A stretch of DNA of 64,000 nucleotides from Octopus sinensis. Its lineage: Eukaryota. The position numbers and the translations under genes were made by a program. How positions within the stretch are numbered: position 1 is the stretch's first letter; each line of letters starts with the position of its first letter. The notes beneath the pieces were generated by a model. The model made no database searches. It worked only from the letters and a program-made list of their open reading frames with translations, and was not told the origin of the DNA. Below are positions 49,323 through 64,000 of the stretch, in pieces. The stretch is taken from the NCBI RefSeq assembly GCF_006345805.1, contig NC_043002.1, positions 77,996,001 through 78,060,000 of the forward strand, read 5' to 3'.

Positions 49323-52300
49323 TATCATTGTGTATGCTTGTTAAAAAAGTAATATTGTTATCTACCCAGCTTAACTTCTGTAGTTGTTACAAGACTGAAA
49401 TGCTATAAAGCTGACCTCGCTGTTGATTTGAACTTATTGATAAGATAATGTTTTATGGATGAAAGCCTTTTTTTTTTTTTTTAAAAAAAGAGAAAAGCTT
49501 GCTTACATTAAGGAATTAGTGGTGTTTTGTATTTTAATGTTTAGACGTATTAAATTCTGATTTTGAAATGAAGTATAAAGTAGTAGAAAAATTCTGGTAT
49601 TAATATCTGTGAAAGAGATTAGTTACCACTTAACATTTCAGAAATTCATTTTGTTAATTTCTGTTTCTAAGTTGGGTAGTAATCTTGTTTCTAATATTGT
49701 GTGACTAATGTATCAAAGATGAAATTAGTCTATATTAATATCATTGGTGCTGTTTGAGTTAAGTTTTTTTAAGAATTCAGAGCTTTCTCTTTTACTTGAA
49801 GACTCGTTTTGTAATTCACTATGTTTTTTGGTTTTTTTTTGATAACTAGTTAAATTCTATGTCTCTTGTCTCTCATCTAAAAAGTTTGTTCTATCTTTAC
49901 TTTCCAGAGATTTAAGCAACTGAGATAAACATGCCTTTATGGCTTGTTTGTTGTCTTATTTACATATATTTTTTTTTCCATCGTGGTAAATTACAGTACC
50001 TTGTTAATACTTTACAATAGATAAACATGAACCTGTATTACAGGTGTGTTACTTATGGTGTTAAATGTAAACATCTAATCCATTGTCACTAAATAATATT
50101 GGCTATTTTCAATGTGTCTTTCAGTTAGATCTCCAAATTACTCTAGAATCAGTTATTAAAAATATTGGTTAATATAAGATACACTAATAAAATGAATATG
50201 AAATTGATTACTTTTGGAGTTTTGGAATAACAAAACAATGTCGAACAAAATATCGTACAGTATTTATATCAACTTTACCATGAGAGTTCAAATCCTTCTT
50301 TGCTTAACTTGTCGCATTCTTCCAGAGTCAATAAAATTGACTCTTGTATTGGGGTTGATTGAGCTTATAATTTGTGTCCATTTGACAATGGGATTAACTT
50401 AGAATAAAAGATTGTCTGGCTACTGTTCAGTAATTAGCTACTGATGTATGGATTATTGTTGAATAGTTTTAGAGCTGAGTTGATCTGCGTCGATGAACTG
50501 CTGACGTTTTTTGGTGATTGCTTGGTAGAGATCTTTATCTCCAACAGCAGAGTTGTAAAACGTAACTTAGAGAGGATGGGTGACTTATGAACGTGCTGTA
50601 CAGATATGAAAATGATACCGTGATGCTTAGGCTAAAGTTATATTAATGTCTACTTTATTTTAAAATAGGTAGACTGGTTAACATGGTGTAATCATTGCAA
50701 AAGAATGACTGGCAAAGAGCTTGTAAACTTATATTAAACAAAAGAGAGATTTCTTACATAGGCATGTAAGCTTGTGTTTGAGAGGTGGTGGTAATGGGAA
50801 GTTGCTTCATATATGCCTACTTCGTGTGTATTAACTAAGTGGTTGGTTTAAGCTAAAAACTGAAAATGCTTTACACATTCAGTCTGCCATAAGTTCTTGT
50901 TTGTAACTGAACTGAAAAACATTGAGGTGTTTGTATGTGTGTGGAGGAGGAGGAGGAAGCAATGCTTCCTATTTGCTCATTTTATGCGTTTTCTTTTTTG
51001 TCTAAGCTAGTATGGCTTATTACTGAGGCATTGTTTTTAAAGGCAGGTACCCTCCCAGTCGCTGACCCTTGTGTTAGCAGGAAATGTCATCAAACTTTAT
51101 TGCTTTTTTTTTTTCTAGCTCAATATTTTACTTTCATGTAAACATTCACACATACAAACTTGCATACACACTCATATAAGATGGTAATATTAAGGACAGA
51201 GTAGAGTGGACCTTGGCGGAGTATAAGGCTGCTGTATGAGACCTCAAGTATGCGGTGAAGAATGGTTGGTGTGTTTGAACTCTCTCCCTTTGACGCTCAA
51301 CTATGAGGTTGTTCATTAATTTAGTTTTTATTGATATTAAGAACAAATAAGTGTTCTCATATAAATCTAAATTGCCAGTCAGACCTTAGAATATTGGACC
51401 TTGTTACTGACAACAAAATATTGAGATGTTGTGTAATATACAAGGCTGGCTTGTGTAATGTATGCCAACAGAGTTGGGGGAAAAATGGACATTAAAATGG
51501 TGATAATGAGGAAGAGTTATACATGAGTAAATTTGAAATTAGTTTTTATTGTAATAAAGATTTTTGTTTGGCATCTGAATAAATGGGTTACAAGATTTCT
51601 TTTCAATGTTAAAAAAAAAGTGGCTGTTAAAATTATGAAGTTTTCTTTTTCTCATTGCAAATCGAGTTTTAATGTAAAATTTAGGTGTTATTCATTTTGT
51701 TTAATAATAAAAAAGATGTATTGGCATATTGTATATGTGTGTTCTGAACAGAGACAAAAGAGGAGAAATAATTAAAACAGTATACTTAAAAGATGAAGTA
51801 GTAATTTTAGGACTAAGCTTTGCACACATGTACTTTGACTTCTTTATATACTAATGGGTATATTTATATACGCATTAGGTATATAAATACACCTAATAGA
51901 GTGGGCATAATGAAGTATGTACATTTAAGTATATCCAAAGCAGTCGGTATTGTTTACTTAACATTGCAAACAACACCACATCCAAATGAACCAGTGAGGG
52001 AGCCTCTACATAGTTGCTTACCTTGCTAGAAATAGCTGCCAGATTCCTGAATATCATATGCTACCATTTCAAAAATAGGAAGAATTGTAGTCTTAGATAA
52101 AAAAAACAAAAAAAAAAAACAAAGACGGTGGTTATGATTGTGTTGCCTTTGATCGTAAGGCTGTTTGATCAGTACAGGTGTGAAACTGAACACCATCACC
52201 ACCACTACATCCAGATGATATTTCAATTATACCCAATTTTTGCATATTTGTATCAGATGTAAAGGGTAAGCATCCATATGCTGTCAGCAAAAAAAGATTT

Positions 52301-53131
52301 CTCAGGTGCGTAACAATTAAGTTTTCACATGCCCACAATAAATAACTAAATATATATAAACCTCATCAGTAGGGTCATCTAGGACATTCAAGATTGATGA
52401 GAGTGGAATGAAAAGAACCAAACAAAGACTATACCAGCATCATCAATAGCTTTTCCTTCAACTTGTCTTTACTGTTGACCTACTTTTCTTGGTTGCCTGA
52501 CACTTAGTCCTGATACATTGATCTCTATTATTCCCATGCACTTATATCACAACTATAACTAACGAATTACACCTCACTCACTTCTATCTACTGACAAAAG
52601 TTAATACCTCTCTCTGCAAATATGGGAAGTAGAAAAATAAAATGGATACTAATTGAAATCTTAGCTGTAAAGACATATCAGTTGTGCTGTAACTAAGTTG
52701 CCATTTATATTTTAATTATATATAAACTGTCCAATGACAGGTCCTTGTGTATATCAAGAATTACATGATAAAAAATAGATATTGCTTCCACAATGCAAGT
52801 TTACAGTTGCTGAATATATAACAGCATGATGTATGAAAAGAACAACAAAAAAAAAAACCTCCCAAAAGCAGTAAATAACCAAACAGACGCCAATGGTTTG
52901 ATTGTAAGTTTCATTTCAGAATATAACTTATATAAAACTCATCTAATATATAATTTATATCCTATTCACTTGCCATGACACTAAATTGAATAGTATTGAA
53001 AAGAGCCTGAATCTATAAGCCAAGAATTATTGTGCAGTTGTTTGGAAAATCTCCATTAATAGTAGAGATTATTGACTTATTAATTAGCAAAGTTAGATAG
53101 CTTCCCACCCTAATAAATGAGTCTAAAAATG

Positions 53132-53175
<44 letters not shown>

Positions 53176-54334
53176 TGCATATGTGGATACAGGACATAAC
53201 CAACAGTGCAAATATCATGAAATATGTAAACAATAAGAAAAAATGGAAAATAGGACAAGTAAACACAGAGAAAGGACCCTTCGTCAGTTGTTGGCTGTCT
53301 ATCTACTCCTCATTTCAAGCATTCGATATATATATATATGTATGTATGTATGTATGTATATTTGTTAGCTGCTGCATCATCTGCTTATTATTAAGGCAAT
53401 GGGATTAGTAACATCATTAGAGCATTGGACAAAATGCTTTGCCTTTTGGTATTTCTTCTGGTCCTTTATATTCTAAGTTCAAATCTTGCTGCGGTTGCTA
53501 TTGCCTTTCATCTCTCTGGTACCAATGACAAATTACCAGTCAAGTGCTGGGTTAGTGGCATTGATCAATTCCTTTTCCATAAAAATCCTGTTCTTGTGCC
53601 AAAATTTGAAATCATTATCATCATCATCATCATCAATGTTGCAATTAAAGTTCATTGCCAAAAGCAAATGGAACTTATCACTATTTTGTCCAATAAATAT
53701 ATGCAATAAAACAAAAAAAAATGTATTTGCTTTGATGCACGAACAGAAAGCAAAATGCTTCAGTGGCAGTGTAACAGTGGATCTGATAAAAAGCTGTTGA
53801 TGTTAATGGTTCATAGTTGCAACTATTTTTCCATATGCCGATTAAAAGCCTAGCAGGAATTGCCAGATTGGAGAAAATAGATTTTTATAGATCTGAGAGA
53901 AGAGACAGAATATTTTAATGAGTTAAGAGATGAAGCCATATTTTGTCTTTTGATGAAAATATTTGTTTAGCACACAAAATATTCTCTGTGTGATTATTTC
54001 TTTTAAAGATCATTTAGTCTTAACCCTGAGGAAAAAGGGTGTTGAATTTATAAAGAATTATGAGCTTATATACCTGAATATAGGATTTCCTAGGAAGGAA
54101 AACTGTCAATATTATCATAATTTTGTATCTTATCATTCAGAAATGTTGAACATTTTCCATTTGAAACTGTGTTCAAATTTTGGAGAAATTATCTAAAATA
54201 GTTGTAGACCACAATCCTTTTGAATTCAGGTACAAAGAGAGGAAAATCAGACACAGAATTTGTGTATCCAACTTGGCTGACTGTGTCTTTATTTACTTGG
54301 TCTTCAATATTGAAAGCTAATTCCTATATTCAGC

Positions 54335-54880
54335 TCTATATTTAAGAGATGAGGAATTATGTACATTATTTACATTCGATGGATATTTGTCCTCATCTTG
54401 TTTGTTAACACAACATTTCGGCTGATACACCCATCAGTCTTCTTCAAGTATCTTGGGGGAATTTCAAACCTGGGTTCTCATTCCTAAGGTATTTTTTGAT
54501 ATTATTATTGTTATTATTCAGGTCACTGTTTGGAATCGAACTCGGAATTTGGGGGTTAGTAGCTCGCGCTCTTAACCACTACGCCATATGCCCAGTCCAT
54601 GCTCTTAACCGCTACGCCATATGCCCAGGGGCATATGGTGTAGCGGTTAAGAGCGCGAGCTACTAATCCCAAGATTCCGAGTTCGATTCCAAGCAGTTAC
54701 CTGAACAATAACATTAATAATAATAATAACATTGAAAAATACCTTAGGAATGAGAACACAGGTTCGAAATTTGCCCAAGACACCTGAAGAAGGCTGGAGG
54801 GTATATCAGCCAAAACATTGTGTTAACAACAAACAAGATGAGGACAAATATCCGTTGAATGTAAATAATGTAATTCCTAT
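54335..54880. mobile_element. Head-to-head inverted pair of a tRNA-derived element (~550-bp palindrome)
   Basis: Minus copy 54335-54593 and plus copy 54628-54880; A box TGGTGTAGCGGTTAAGAGC, B box GAGTTCGATTCC. Confidence 0.85.
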
Positions 54881-56107
54881 ATGTTATGGAGATTTTGGTA
54901 ATTCTGAGTTTGAAATTACTCAAGACAAATGCATGTAAGATCTTTTTTGGATTGGTGTAGGATGACCAACTAAAAGGGGTTGAAAATTAACTGCATATTA
55001 GTTGACTATTATGCTGGGTTAAATACTAAAGAACAGATTTCACTATTCCGATGTGGGAAAGTAGAGTACTCAGACATGAAGAGTTTTGAGACTATTATTG
55101 AAATAATGTCTGTTCAAACAAGGTTTTAATTTTTTCTATTGATTGAAGAATTAAGAAAAAAATAGAGGTGGGAAGTTTTTAAGCTCATTATATTGCGTAA
55201 CTTTTGAACTAAACTGTTATAGATTTTGTAGAAATATTTTTGGCTTTGATTTATCTATATAACTTTGAAAATTTTAATTAGATATTCATTTGATAAAATA
55301 TATGACCATAATGGTTTTAATGTTAAAATTCAGAGTGGCAAAAAATCGTAGTTGTTTGCATGTCAGATCTCAGTGTTTACTAATTTGTTTGGAGAGATAG
55401 ATTCCACTGTGATGCTTAAATGTTGGTTATATCAGTGAAAGACTATCCAGCTGGCATGTACTATAAACTTGACACATTTTGTCCATGACACCTCAAATTG
55501 ATATGTAGTTGTGAAGGTCACAAGTCTAGGAGAGGACTTAAATCATTGTTAGTTACATCATAAACACACTTGTCCATGTTTGTCCCAACAGTGGATCATA
55601 ATGAGAACAAATTGTAAAACTCCAAGCTGAAAACTCTTATATAATGTTAATGTAAGAAAGTAGGATGTCATTTTGCAGGCCTTTTATAAACATGTTTGCA
55701 TGCTGGCAAATTGGTAGTCATTAGAGGGTCAGATAGAAAGTCTTCTGGTATTTGTTTACACTCTCTGCTCTGAGGTCAGATTTGCCTTTCATTCTTTACA
55801 GCTCAATAAAAAATAGTATCGGTCCAGAACAGTGGCTTGACAGAACTGTAGCTGTGTTGGACATGGTGTCTTGTTGTATTTGTTCTAGCTCTTAGCATTC
55901 TGAGTTCATTTCCCCCCATGACTTACTGGGTAGTACACTTAGTCCATCACCCAGTTTAAGGCCACCATCTGGCACTTTCGGTACCTTTACTGGAGCCTAT
56001 TTTGTTGCAAGCCATCGAACTAGGTTTTTATCTTGAGGATAACCCACCACCACTTCTATAAGTCTCGGGCAATGTAAAAAGAAGTGGGCATTGTATTGCC
56101 GCCTAAT

Positions 56108-56485
56108 TCTTTTACTAGTTTGTCATTTGACTGTAGCCATGCTGGAGCACTGCCTTTAGTTGAATGAGTCAACCCCAGGACTTATGCTTTGTAAGCCTAG
56201 TACTTATTTTATTGGTCTCTATTGCTGAGCTGCTATGTTACGGGGGACATAAACACACTAACATTGGTTGTCAAGCGATGGTGGGGGGACAAACACACAC
56301 ACAAACATATATATATATACACGGCAGGCTTCTTTCAGTTTCCATCTACCAAATTAATTCACAAGGCTTTGGTTGGCTAGAGGTTATAGTAGAAGACACT
56401 TGCCCAAGGTGCCATGCAGTGGGACTGAACCCGGAACCATGTGGTTGGGAAGCAAGCTTCATACCACACAGCCACGCCTGTGCCT
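56108..56485 (-). mobile_element. CORE-type SINE
   Basis: Collinear with the other copies. Confidence 0.85.
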
Positions 56486-58545
56486 ACTTTTCACCTACGT
56501 GAAAGATATACAGGAAAATTAAAGAAAAATGAAGGCCATTGATAATGATGAATGTTTAAGTTCTTCAAGCCAATGTTACATAGAACATTAGCAAATGAAG
56601 AAGCATTAACTTTTCGTTTTATTTGGATTAACTTTTCGTTTTATTTGGATTAATTTGCATATTTATTTTTGTGTGATTAATTCCCAAAACTGGGAAATTC
56701 TCGTCTAGATTAATTTTCATGTTATATATTTTGTATGATTACTGTCTAAAACTGGGAATTCTTTTATTTTCTAAGAGTATGTCAGTCTTTTTATCCAGTT
56801 ATAGATTACAAAATATGTAAAGTGAACAGAATCATTCTAATCTGAATGCAGTCTCGATTTTATAGTTTTTTTTTTCAATGGAATAGAGGATATAGTTAAG
56901 AGAAAAGATATAGTAAACAAAAAGAAAAAAAAGACTATAAGATAGAGTAAAAATCACTATAAAGTTTGTTAATGCAGATACTGCATAGCATTGTGCTTAA
57001 TAGAGGATATCACTGCTTATCTATATACAACAGTATAATTTTGTGATTTGAAAGAATGATTTTTTTTTTATTATCATCATTGTTATATGCATATAGAAAA
57101 GGCCTCATGAATGAATCCCTTTAAATTGATTTATATTTAGTGGATGAATAAAGGACAGCATTTTAGGTCACTTAACTTGGAAATTGTGAATGAGGGTTGC
57201 AGAAAGGTTGGAAAACTATTTGAGTGAGTCTGAAATTTAATTGTTTTTTTCTTATATTAAATTTGCAGTTATGAAAAGGAAATCAAATTTAAAAAAATTT
57301 TCATTGAAATATTTGCCTGTAAAACAACCAGTGATATATTTTTAAATTCAAAATATAACTGGTTACAGGAGTTAGTCATCATTGGAAATTGTGTCCATCT
57401 GGAGAATTATTTGCTCCACTAAACACAAACCAGAAGAGAAACCAAGTGTAAGGGTGTTATGATTTGAGCATCTTTGAAAATGATTGATGGGAGTTTTTCT
57501 TTTCTCTTATATCATTGAAAAGAAAAGAAAAAACTTGGATAACTGTTTGGATGAGTAACTAAAGTGAAATTCCACAGATATGTTATTACAAGAATTTGTT
57601 GATTACTGTTTCTTCTGTTGGTTGACTCAAAAGGATTGTCATTTCAGCAACTGCCCTTCCATTGATATGATGGATTTGCAAAATAGTATCTTTTCAGATG
57701 CCATTATATTTGGCCATTTCTTGGATTAATCCTAGTTTTCTTAGGTTTAACCTAAATACCCCATTCTAGGGCTTTGTTGACACACTTTTTTATTGGCTTT
57801 ATTCATTAACAGTTTACATTCTTAATCACTATTCACTGTTGGTTTAATATTACTCATTTATAAATTATTTCTGTTTGTCCCACATAAATCTTCTGGTATT
57901 TAAACAATATATTGTCTGTGAAATTCTTCTCAGTTTTTTTTATTTTTTTTTTTAACTAGGTTGCCTTAGCCTATGTTGACTGTCACTTCATTTCCCTAGT
58001 TCAGTTAATGTTGTTCCTTGGTGGTATTCAGTAAAAAAGACCTAGGAAATTATCAGACGAACACACGACACTTTCGCAGATTGGTAAACTGAAGAGCAAG
58101 TGGCATATTCAGATACTGAATTATGTAAATTTGTACCAACAGAGAAACATGCTCGAATATTCTATTAAAAAAAAACAAAAAAAAACCCCTCAGAAAATGT
58201 GGAGTGCTGGCAGAATTAATCTTAGATAAGATGACAATTTCTCTGATGCCTTCACTCATTTATTAGTCTTTCTACATTAGATAGTATGGCTAATTGGCAG
58301 TTGGAAGCAGATTGTTACCAACATGGTAGGTAGCTTACTTTTGGATTCCGTCCAAACTTGAAACTGTTGAAGCAGCATTCTAAATATATGACATTCCCAT
58401 ATTGTTTTAGGCCAACACATCTCGGGTGTGATATTAATAAAGGATATTGGGAGTGTTGGGTGTGGAGTTGCTGGTTTGATATGTTGATTATAATTTATGA
58501 CAAAAACAGCATATCTGTAATATTTTAAGTGCCATAGATGTAGTT

Positions 58546-58557
<12 letters not shown>

Positions 58558-58610
<53 letters not shown>
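58558..58610. repeat. (TA)n microsatellite
   Basis: Long perfect TA run; others at ~4980-5040, 33690-33720, 44738-44770, 44843-44875 and 53138-53165. Confidence 0.95.
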
Positions 58611-58615
<5 letters not shown>

Positions 58616-59589
58616 TTCAGTTTCACCATGTTTTAAAATAGAACATGTGACTAGTCTTAACATCTATAGCTTATATGGTTCAGGTGAGTCATAGATTGTT
58701 GAAGAGACTTAATCAATTTTGCTTGCTTATGGAATTGAAGAAATTACTGAAATGCTGTATCATGATATGTGTTCTCTACACATTAGATATGGCATCTTTT
58801 TTTTCTTGTTGATTTATCCCAATTTTCTGTTTTATTTGCACTTCTTTTGGGCTAAATTTAAACCTTAGCCATATGCTATTGTCAATTATCTAACCAAGTA
58901 GGTGAGTTAATCAGAGGGTGATTTTAAATAGATAAATTATTAAATATAATAGAAAGTTGGCTGATAAATAGGCCATGGCTGGATATATATGCTTTTCAGG
59001 AATTTTTACTTATCCTGACAAATTCAAGTTTTAAAATTAAAAAAATTTAATCTAACCTTTTAAAAACATGTTGTTGGATGCTAGTTTTTTGTTTATTGTA
59101 ACATCTCTGTTAATTAGATATGATGGCTTTATAATGAATAAATTCTGTCTAATGCAACTGTAATTTAGAATGTAGCTTTTTATTTGGAAAGGGACAAAAG
59201 CAAATTTCTAAATTCAAAGACTTGACAACCCTCCCCACCTTCTTAATAATTTTTTTCTAATTTAGGCATGAGGCCAGTAATATTAAGGGGAAGAGTACCT
59301 CTTGATTACATCAGTCCCATTCTTTGAGAGATACTTTACTTTATTGACTCTTATGAAAGGCATAGTTTACCTCAGTGGGATTTGAACTCAGAATATAAAA
59401 CACTGGAACAAATACCACAAAGCATTTATTCTAAGGTTCTAATGATTCTGCCAATCCACTGCCCTTTGCCAATTATAATCAGATCAGGTGTGGGGGCATG
59501 CACTGTTGTAGCACATTGCTGCATTTATCATTTGTTGGTATATTCCGGAGTCCTCCCAGGCAACCCATTGAGCAGAGTCCAACTCAGTC

Positions 59590-60200
59590 CCCATCTCCAT
59601 GGAATGCCTCCTCATCTGCCTCAGACTGTGTCCAGGTCTCACAATTATAGAGTAGGATAGGGAAAACCAGAGACCTAAAGACCCAAACTTTTGTCTTCCT
59701 GCACAAAACTTGGCAGTGCCAAACAGCCTTGTCTAATAAGTCCACAACTGCAGCAGCCAATCCAAGTCTTAAGACTTCAGACTCGCAGCTAATGCCACCA
59801 TGAATCTCACTGCTGAGATAAGTGAAATGATCAACAACTTCATCATTCTCTCTCACAACAGAGACAGCCAAGGTGGAGTCCTTCAAGAAGCCAGCTAAGG
59901 ACTAGATCTTTGTCTAAACCTAAGAGACTCTAAAGCCAAAAGCACTCTTTAAGACATCCAGAGACTTAGCAAAAAAAAAACTGCATCATCAGCAAAATCT
60001 AGGTCTGTAATCTTAATTTCACCAATAAGTGCACCAGAACTCCAAGCAACCATCTGGCCAAGTTACCTGAGCAGGCATTGAACAGAGTAGGAGCAAAGAC
60101 ACAACCTTGGCAGACTACAGATCTAACTGGGAAAAAGTTAGATGTTGAATCTATCAAAGCACATTGCTGTCCACCTACTCAAATGCTTAGGCCCAATTAT
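59590..60200 (-). mobile_element. Degenerate RTE-clade RT fragment
   Basis: VCQGCVFAPTLFN, FADDA-like segment, VVDHFTYLSS, TKVWVFRSLVFPILLYNCETWT. Confidence 0.8.
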
Positions 60201-63200
60201 GTTAATGGTTTTAAATTTTGGTTCAAGGCCAGAAATTTTACAGGAAGGTTAAGTCAATTATATTGGTTCCCCAGTGTTCAACTGGTACTCATTTTATTGA
60301 TCCCTAAAAGGACAAAAGTCTGAGCTGGAAGAAATGTCTGAGACATGCCATAAGTGTTACCAAAATGTTTTTATGTGGTAAATAACTTTTTTAAGATCAT
60401 AACATCAAGCACTCAATTTTCATGAAAGAAAAAAGGAAAAAGAGAAGAAAAAGAAAATCTTCACTAACAAAAATGACTCTACTTAAGTTTGTTCCTTGCG
60501 TTAAAGGATCACTTTGAGTGATAGAAATATGATAGCGAAAAAGAAAATAATTTTTCTCATATGCCTTCTCTTGAGTTTTCTTCTAATTAATTTTGAACTT
60601 ATCAAAAATAACTTGTGTGTGTGTGTGTGTCTTGAGAGAATTTTTCTTTTTCATTCTGTAAGTTTGCATGTCAATAAAAAACAAAATTCTCATGTTAGCT
60701 TTGTATGATTGTTATTGTTTCGTGGGTGGAGTATAAAATTTTATAGTTGTTTTATTAGTGTTACATCTTTTAGGCCTGAGAGGGACCAATTTGCTTGTCT
60801 TTCTTCAACAACACAAATTTCAAAAGTAGGATGAATTGGCAGAAAAGGGTTGTAGAAGCTGCCCCTTTTCCAAATAAGTCTTATAAAAAAAAAACATTGA
60901 CAGTATTACTTACAAACCTAACATGCTAATTTGTCAGTAATTTTTAAGCCTAAGTTTTGGCACCTAATTCAATTAACCACAATTCCTTTTTTGGTAATGT
61001 ACCTAAAATTATTAAAAAAATAAGGATTGTGCCAAAATAGTTGGTCTAGCTGGTGAGCTAATGATATTTTCTTAAATCATAGAATTTAGTTATACTGAGA
61101 ATTGAACAAGAAACTTTATTTTACAGATTGCATATGTTGAAAATTCCAGTATTTGAGAGAGCAGATAGCAATTTAATATTTTTCTTGCCTCACAATTCTT
61201 GTGTTATTTTTGAGTTCTGTCTAAGGGGTGATAGTGTTTGAATATATTTATTTAGGTCAATGACTTCCAGCAGTTTCTCTCCTATTTTATAGTCCATAGA
61301 TAAAGCCTGTCCTCATGATTATTTTCAATAAAACATTTTAAACTTTGAAACTATGCTATTATTGTTGCTGATTACTATGTCATTCTAGTAGATATCTATC
61401 ATATTAGTTAGCAATGAGCTCATACTTAATATGTAACAGAGTTTTTATAAATTAGCAGTAGCATCATTCTCTTTGCTATTCATTCTTTTACCCATTTTTT
61501 TCTTCTCCTTCATACTATATTTACTCAGAATTTTAATTACCTCTTGGAAGAAATATTTGTTTTTCTTTCTATCTCTACATACATGAACGTGCACATGTGC
61601 AAAAATGTGAAATGCTTGTTTAAAGTTGTTAAAAAGCATTGGTTGTATTTGTAGTATTATTTTAGAGTGGAAATTAACTGCATAACAAACATTTGTAAAG
61701 TAAATCATATGTGATGACATGTTAATTGACTTAATGCTCTGAATTTTGAAAGGAAGCATTTAATTGACATACTTTTAATTTATGATACAGATCATTGCCT
61801 AATTGGTTCACATATGGCGGCATTATTTTGATGAATGAATTTGTCTCTTTTCTCCCATCTTGTTCTGTTAATCATGTTGGTTTCTCTTCTCTGGTTTAGG
61901 ATCTGATAAGCTTCTTTCCCTTCAAATCTTTAATCCGGTGACCATTCTTATGTGCTAATCTATTTGCACTTGCCATGTATTCCTTTCTATAATGTTAAAA
62001 TATACAGAATTTTCATTAGTCTTGTGCAGGTCTTTCATAAACTGGGGAATAAATCTTTTGTATTGTGTTTTTACAGTTGTTGTTTTTCTATTATCAAATG
62101 ATTCTCAAAAACTTTAAAATTCATTCCAATATTGCACAAGAATGAATCACTTAATTCTGTAATGTACACTGACTTTTTGGGTTTCAGGTAATCAGGAGGA
62201 TGGAATAATGTAGTTGGTGATTAGTTTGAACATCTGTTGGTTAACATTGGTAGGGAAAATGTAGATGGAAAGGAACTCTGAGTGTTTTTGTTGTAATAGT
62301 GTTCGGAATAATAGAGAAGCACCAGCACATCAGTGAGCCAGATGTTTGGTGAATGAGTCTTTTACTAATTAGTCAAATGGTAGTTTTTTTTTTTTTTCAT
62401 ATGGCACCCAAGTTATGGATCACTCTTGAGCTTTGTAAAAGATTGATAATTTATTGGGAGTGAAGTTTTTTTGAATTAGGAGAGGGGGCCTGGATTTTGG
62501 GATGCAGTTTTGGCTTTGTTATACATGTAGGGTTGCCATAAAAGATTTTGCAGTGATATTGAGATCTTTAAGTGTGTTGGTTGAGTCTAGGGAAGGTATG
62601 GAATAAAACTTCTTTTCTACATGCATTGACTTGGTGATTTTAAAGGAGATAATGTCCTCATTAGAAGATATTTATGAGGTCTCTGTTTATGAAGACATTG
62701 AAAATCAGAGATAAGACTGCATGTGGGTGATGTCTGTATGGAGAAGTGAAAGATAGTATCATTTCTATATGAATTTGCAAGTGGTTAAAAGTGAAGTAAG
62801 TTGCTACTAAGGTAAATTTTGGGGTTGTGTAGACAAATAGAATGGTGATCAGAAGAGAGAGCCAAGCAAGCACATGCTGCAAAATTTGTTGGTTTTAAAT
62901 TTAAGTGCAATCAAAATTAAATATCAGTATCATTTAGGGTTGAATTAAAATTTTACTCACACTCAATAAATGGGTATTATATGAAGTTGTAATACTAATT
63001 TTTTTTCATTAACAAAAGGGCAGATTTATAGGAGAGAGGTATTTATATTCAATTAAATTGGTTACTAGTATATTGCTAGTACTTAATTATTTTGGTTTTG
63101 GATAGATGAAAGATAAATGTGTAAGATGTGGCATTAACATAAATGGCTGTAACTAAACACTATAAGTTATTTTGTCTGGGGTCTTACTAAATTTGCCATT

Positions 63201-64000
63201 CATTCCGCTAATATTTCTTGTATTAGTGCAAGGAATATATTTTCAGGAAGTGGTTGTAATTGTTTGAAATGATCTCAGTAGTCCTCTTCTGTGTATTTTT
63301 AATGAACCTTGGATAACGAAAAGCAAAGTTGTCTCTGGCAAAATTTGAATTTGTTATATAAAGTGGTATGCAATACAAGGTGTTATTTTCAAAAATTTAT
63401 TCCTCCTACCATCTACTGTATCACTTTAAGCTTTTCAAATGTTTGAGCTTTGAAGCCATGGATTTGATATGCTACTTTCTTAGTTTCACTGATCTTCTAT
63501 ATAGCATTACCATTTACAATTGTGTTTTTAAGGAATGTCTCAAGACTTCAGCTATTCAACATTAGCCTATCTTGGAACATTGAAACTAATCCTTTGAATT
63601 GCATAAATCCGTAGCATCAGAGCTCTGCTCAGGTTTTATGTACTATTAAGTGGGTGATAGATAAATTGCTATGGAACAAAGCACTAGTTTGTTGCAGAAT
63701 AGATTTGTATCTACTTATTTCTCTTAGCTATTTGAACTGTAGTCATGAAAAAAAATGTAATCAGCTATCCAGAACTTGACAACATACTTGCTTGTGTAAA
63801 TAAATATGTAAGGCAAATTTACAGATATTTGTTTTCTAGTAAAATAACAATTTTAGCCTAACTGTGAAAAGTTGATAATTAACATTTTCGTCTGAAGTTG
63901 CTGCTCATTTGTCAGTACTCCTAGTATTTTAGCCATATCTAACTATTTCACTTCTAATCGGTAAAATGTAAAAAAAATACTGCCTTGAATTCCAGAACTC

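Noticed and set aside
50214-52340. Short ORFs in GC-richer patches as exons of the downstream gene
   Set aside because: No recognisable homology and no consistent in-frame splice pairs.
54628-54700. tRNA gene
   Set aside because: A/B boxes are present but there is no acceptor stem closure or terminator, and it continues into a repeated body; it is a SINE-type head.
56605-56648. 22-bp direct tandem duplication
   Set aside because: Ordinary slippage duplication with no other supporting signal.

Overview
AT-rich, repeat-dense eukaryotic genomic DNA. The tRNA-derived CORE-type SINEs and RTE 3' tails suggest a cephalopod (Octopus-like) genome; this is an inference. Two intact spliced cytoplasmic ribosomal protein genes lie tail-to-tail: RPL14/eL14 (+, 5 coding exons, 6875-18051, 153 aa) and RPL23/uL14 (-, 5 coding exons, 31889-28131, 140 aa). 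Both have 5'TOP-like starts and AATAAA signals. The most notable structure is in the RPL14 introns: 11 box C/D snoRNA-like units in two families (A x6, B x5) that share a GGAAGTG guide core, plus H/ACA-like hairpins. Much of this cluster was amplified as a ~1.2-kb tandem cassette in intron 3. I could not match either guide to the rRNA or snRNA sequences I can recall. The rest of the window is mostly mobile DNA: a near full-length frameshifted CR1-clade LINE, RTE fragments and tails, many SINEs, a deleted mariner, a pogo/Tigger-like MITE nested in a transposase relic, twin foldback MITEs, and a head-to-head tRNA-SINE palindrome carrying a hammerhead-like core. A possible first exon of an unidentified gene faces away from RPL23. 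I recognised no coding exons of a host gene between 33 and 64 kb. Most short ORFs in the supplied track are spurious or come from repeats.
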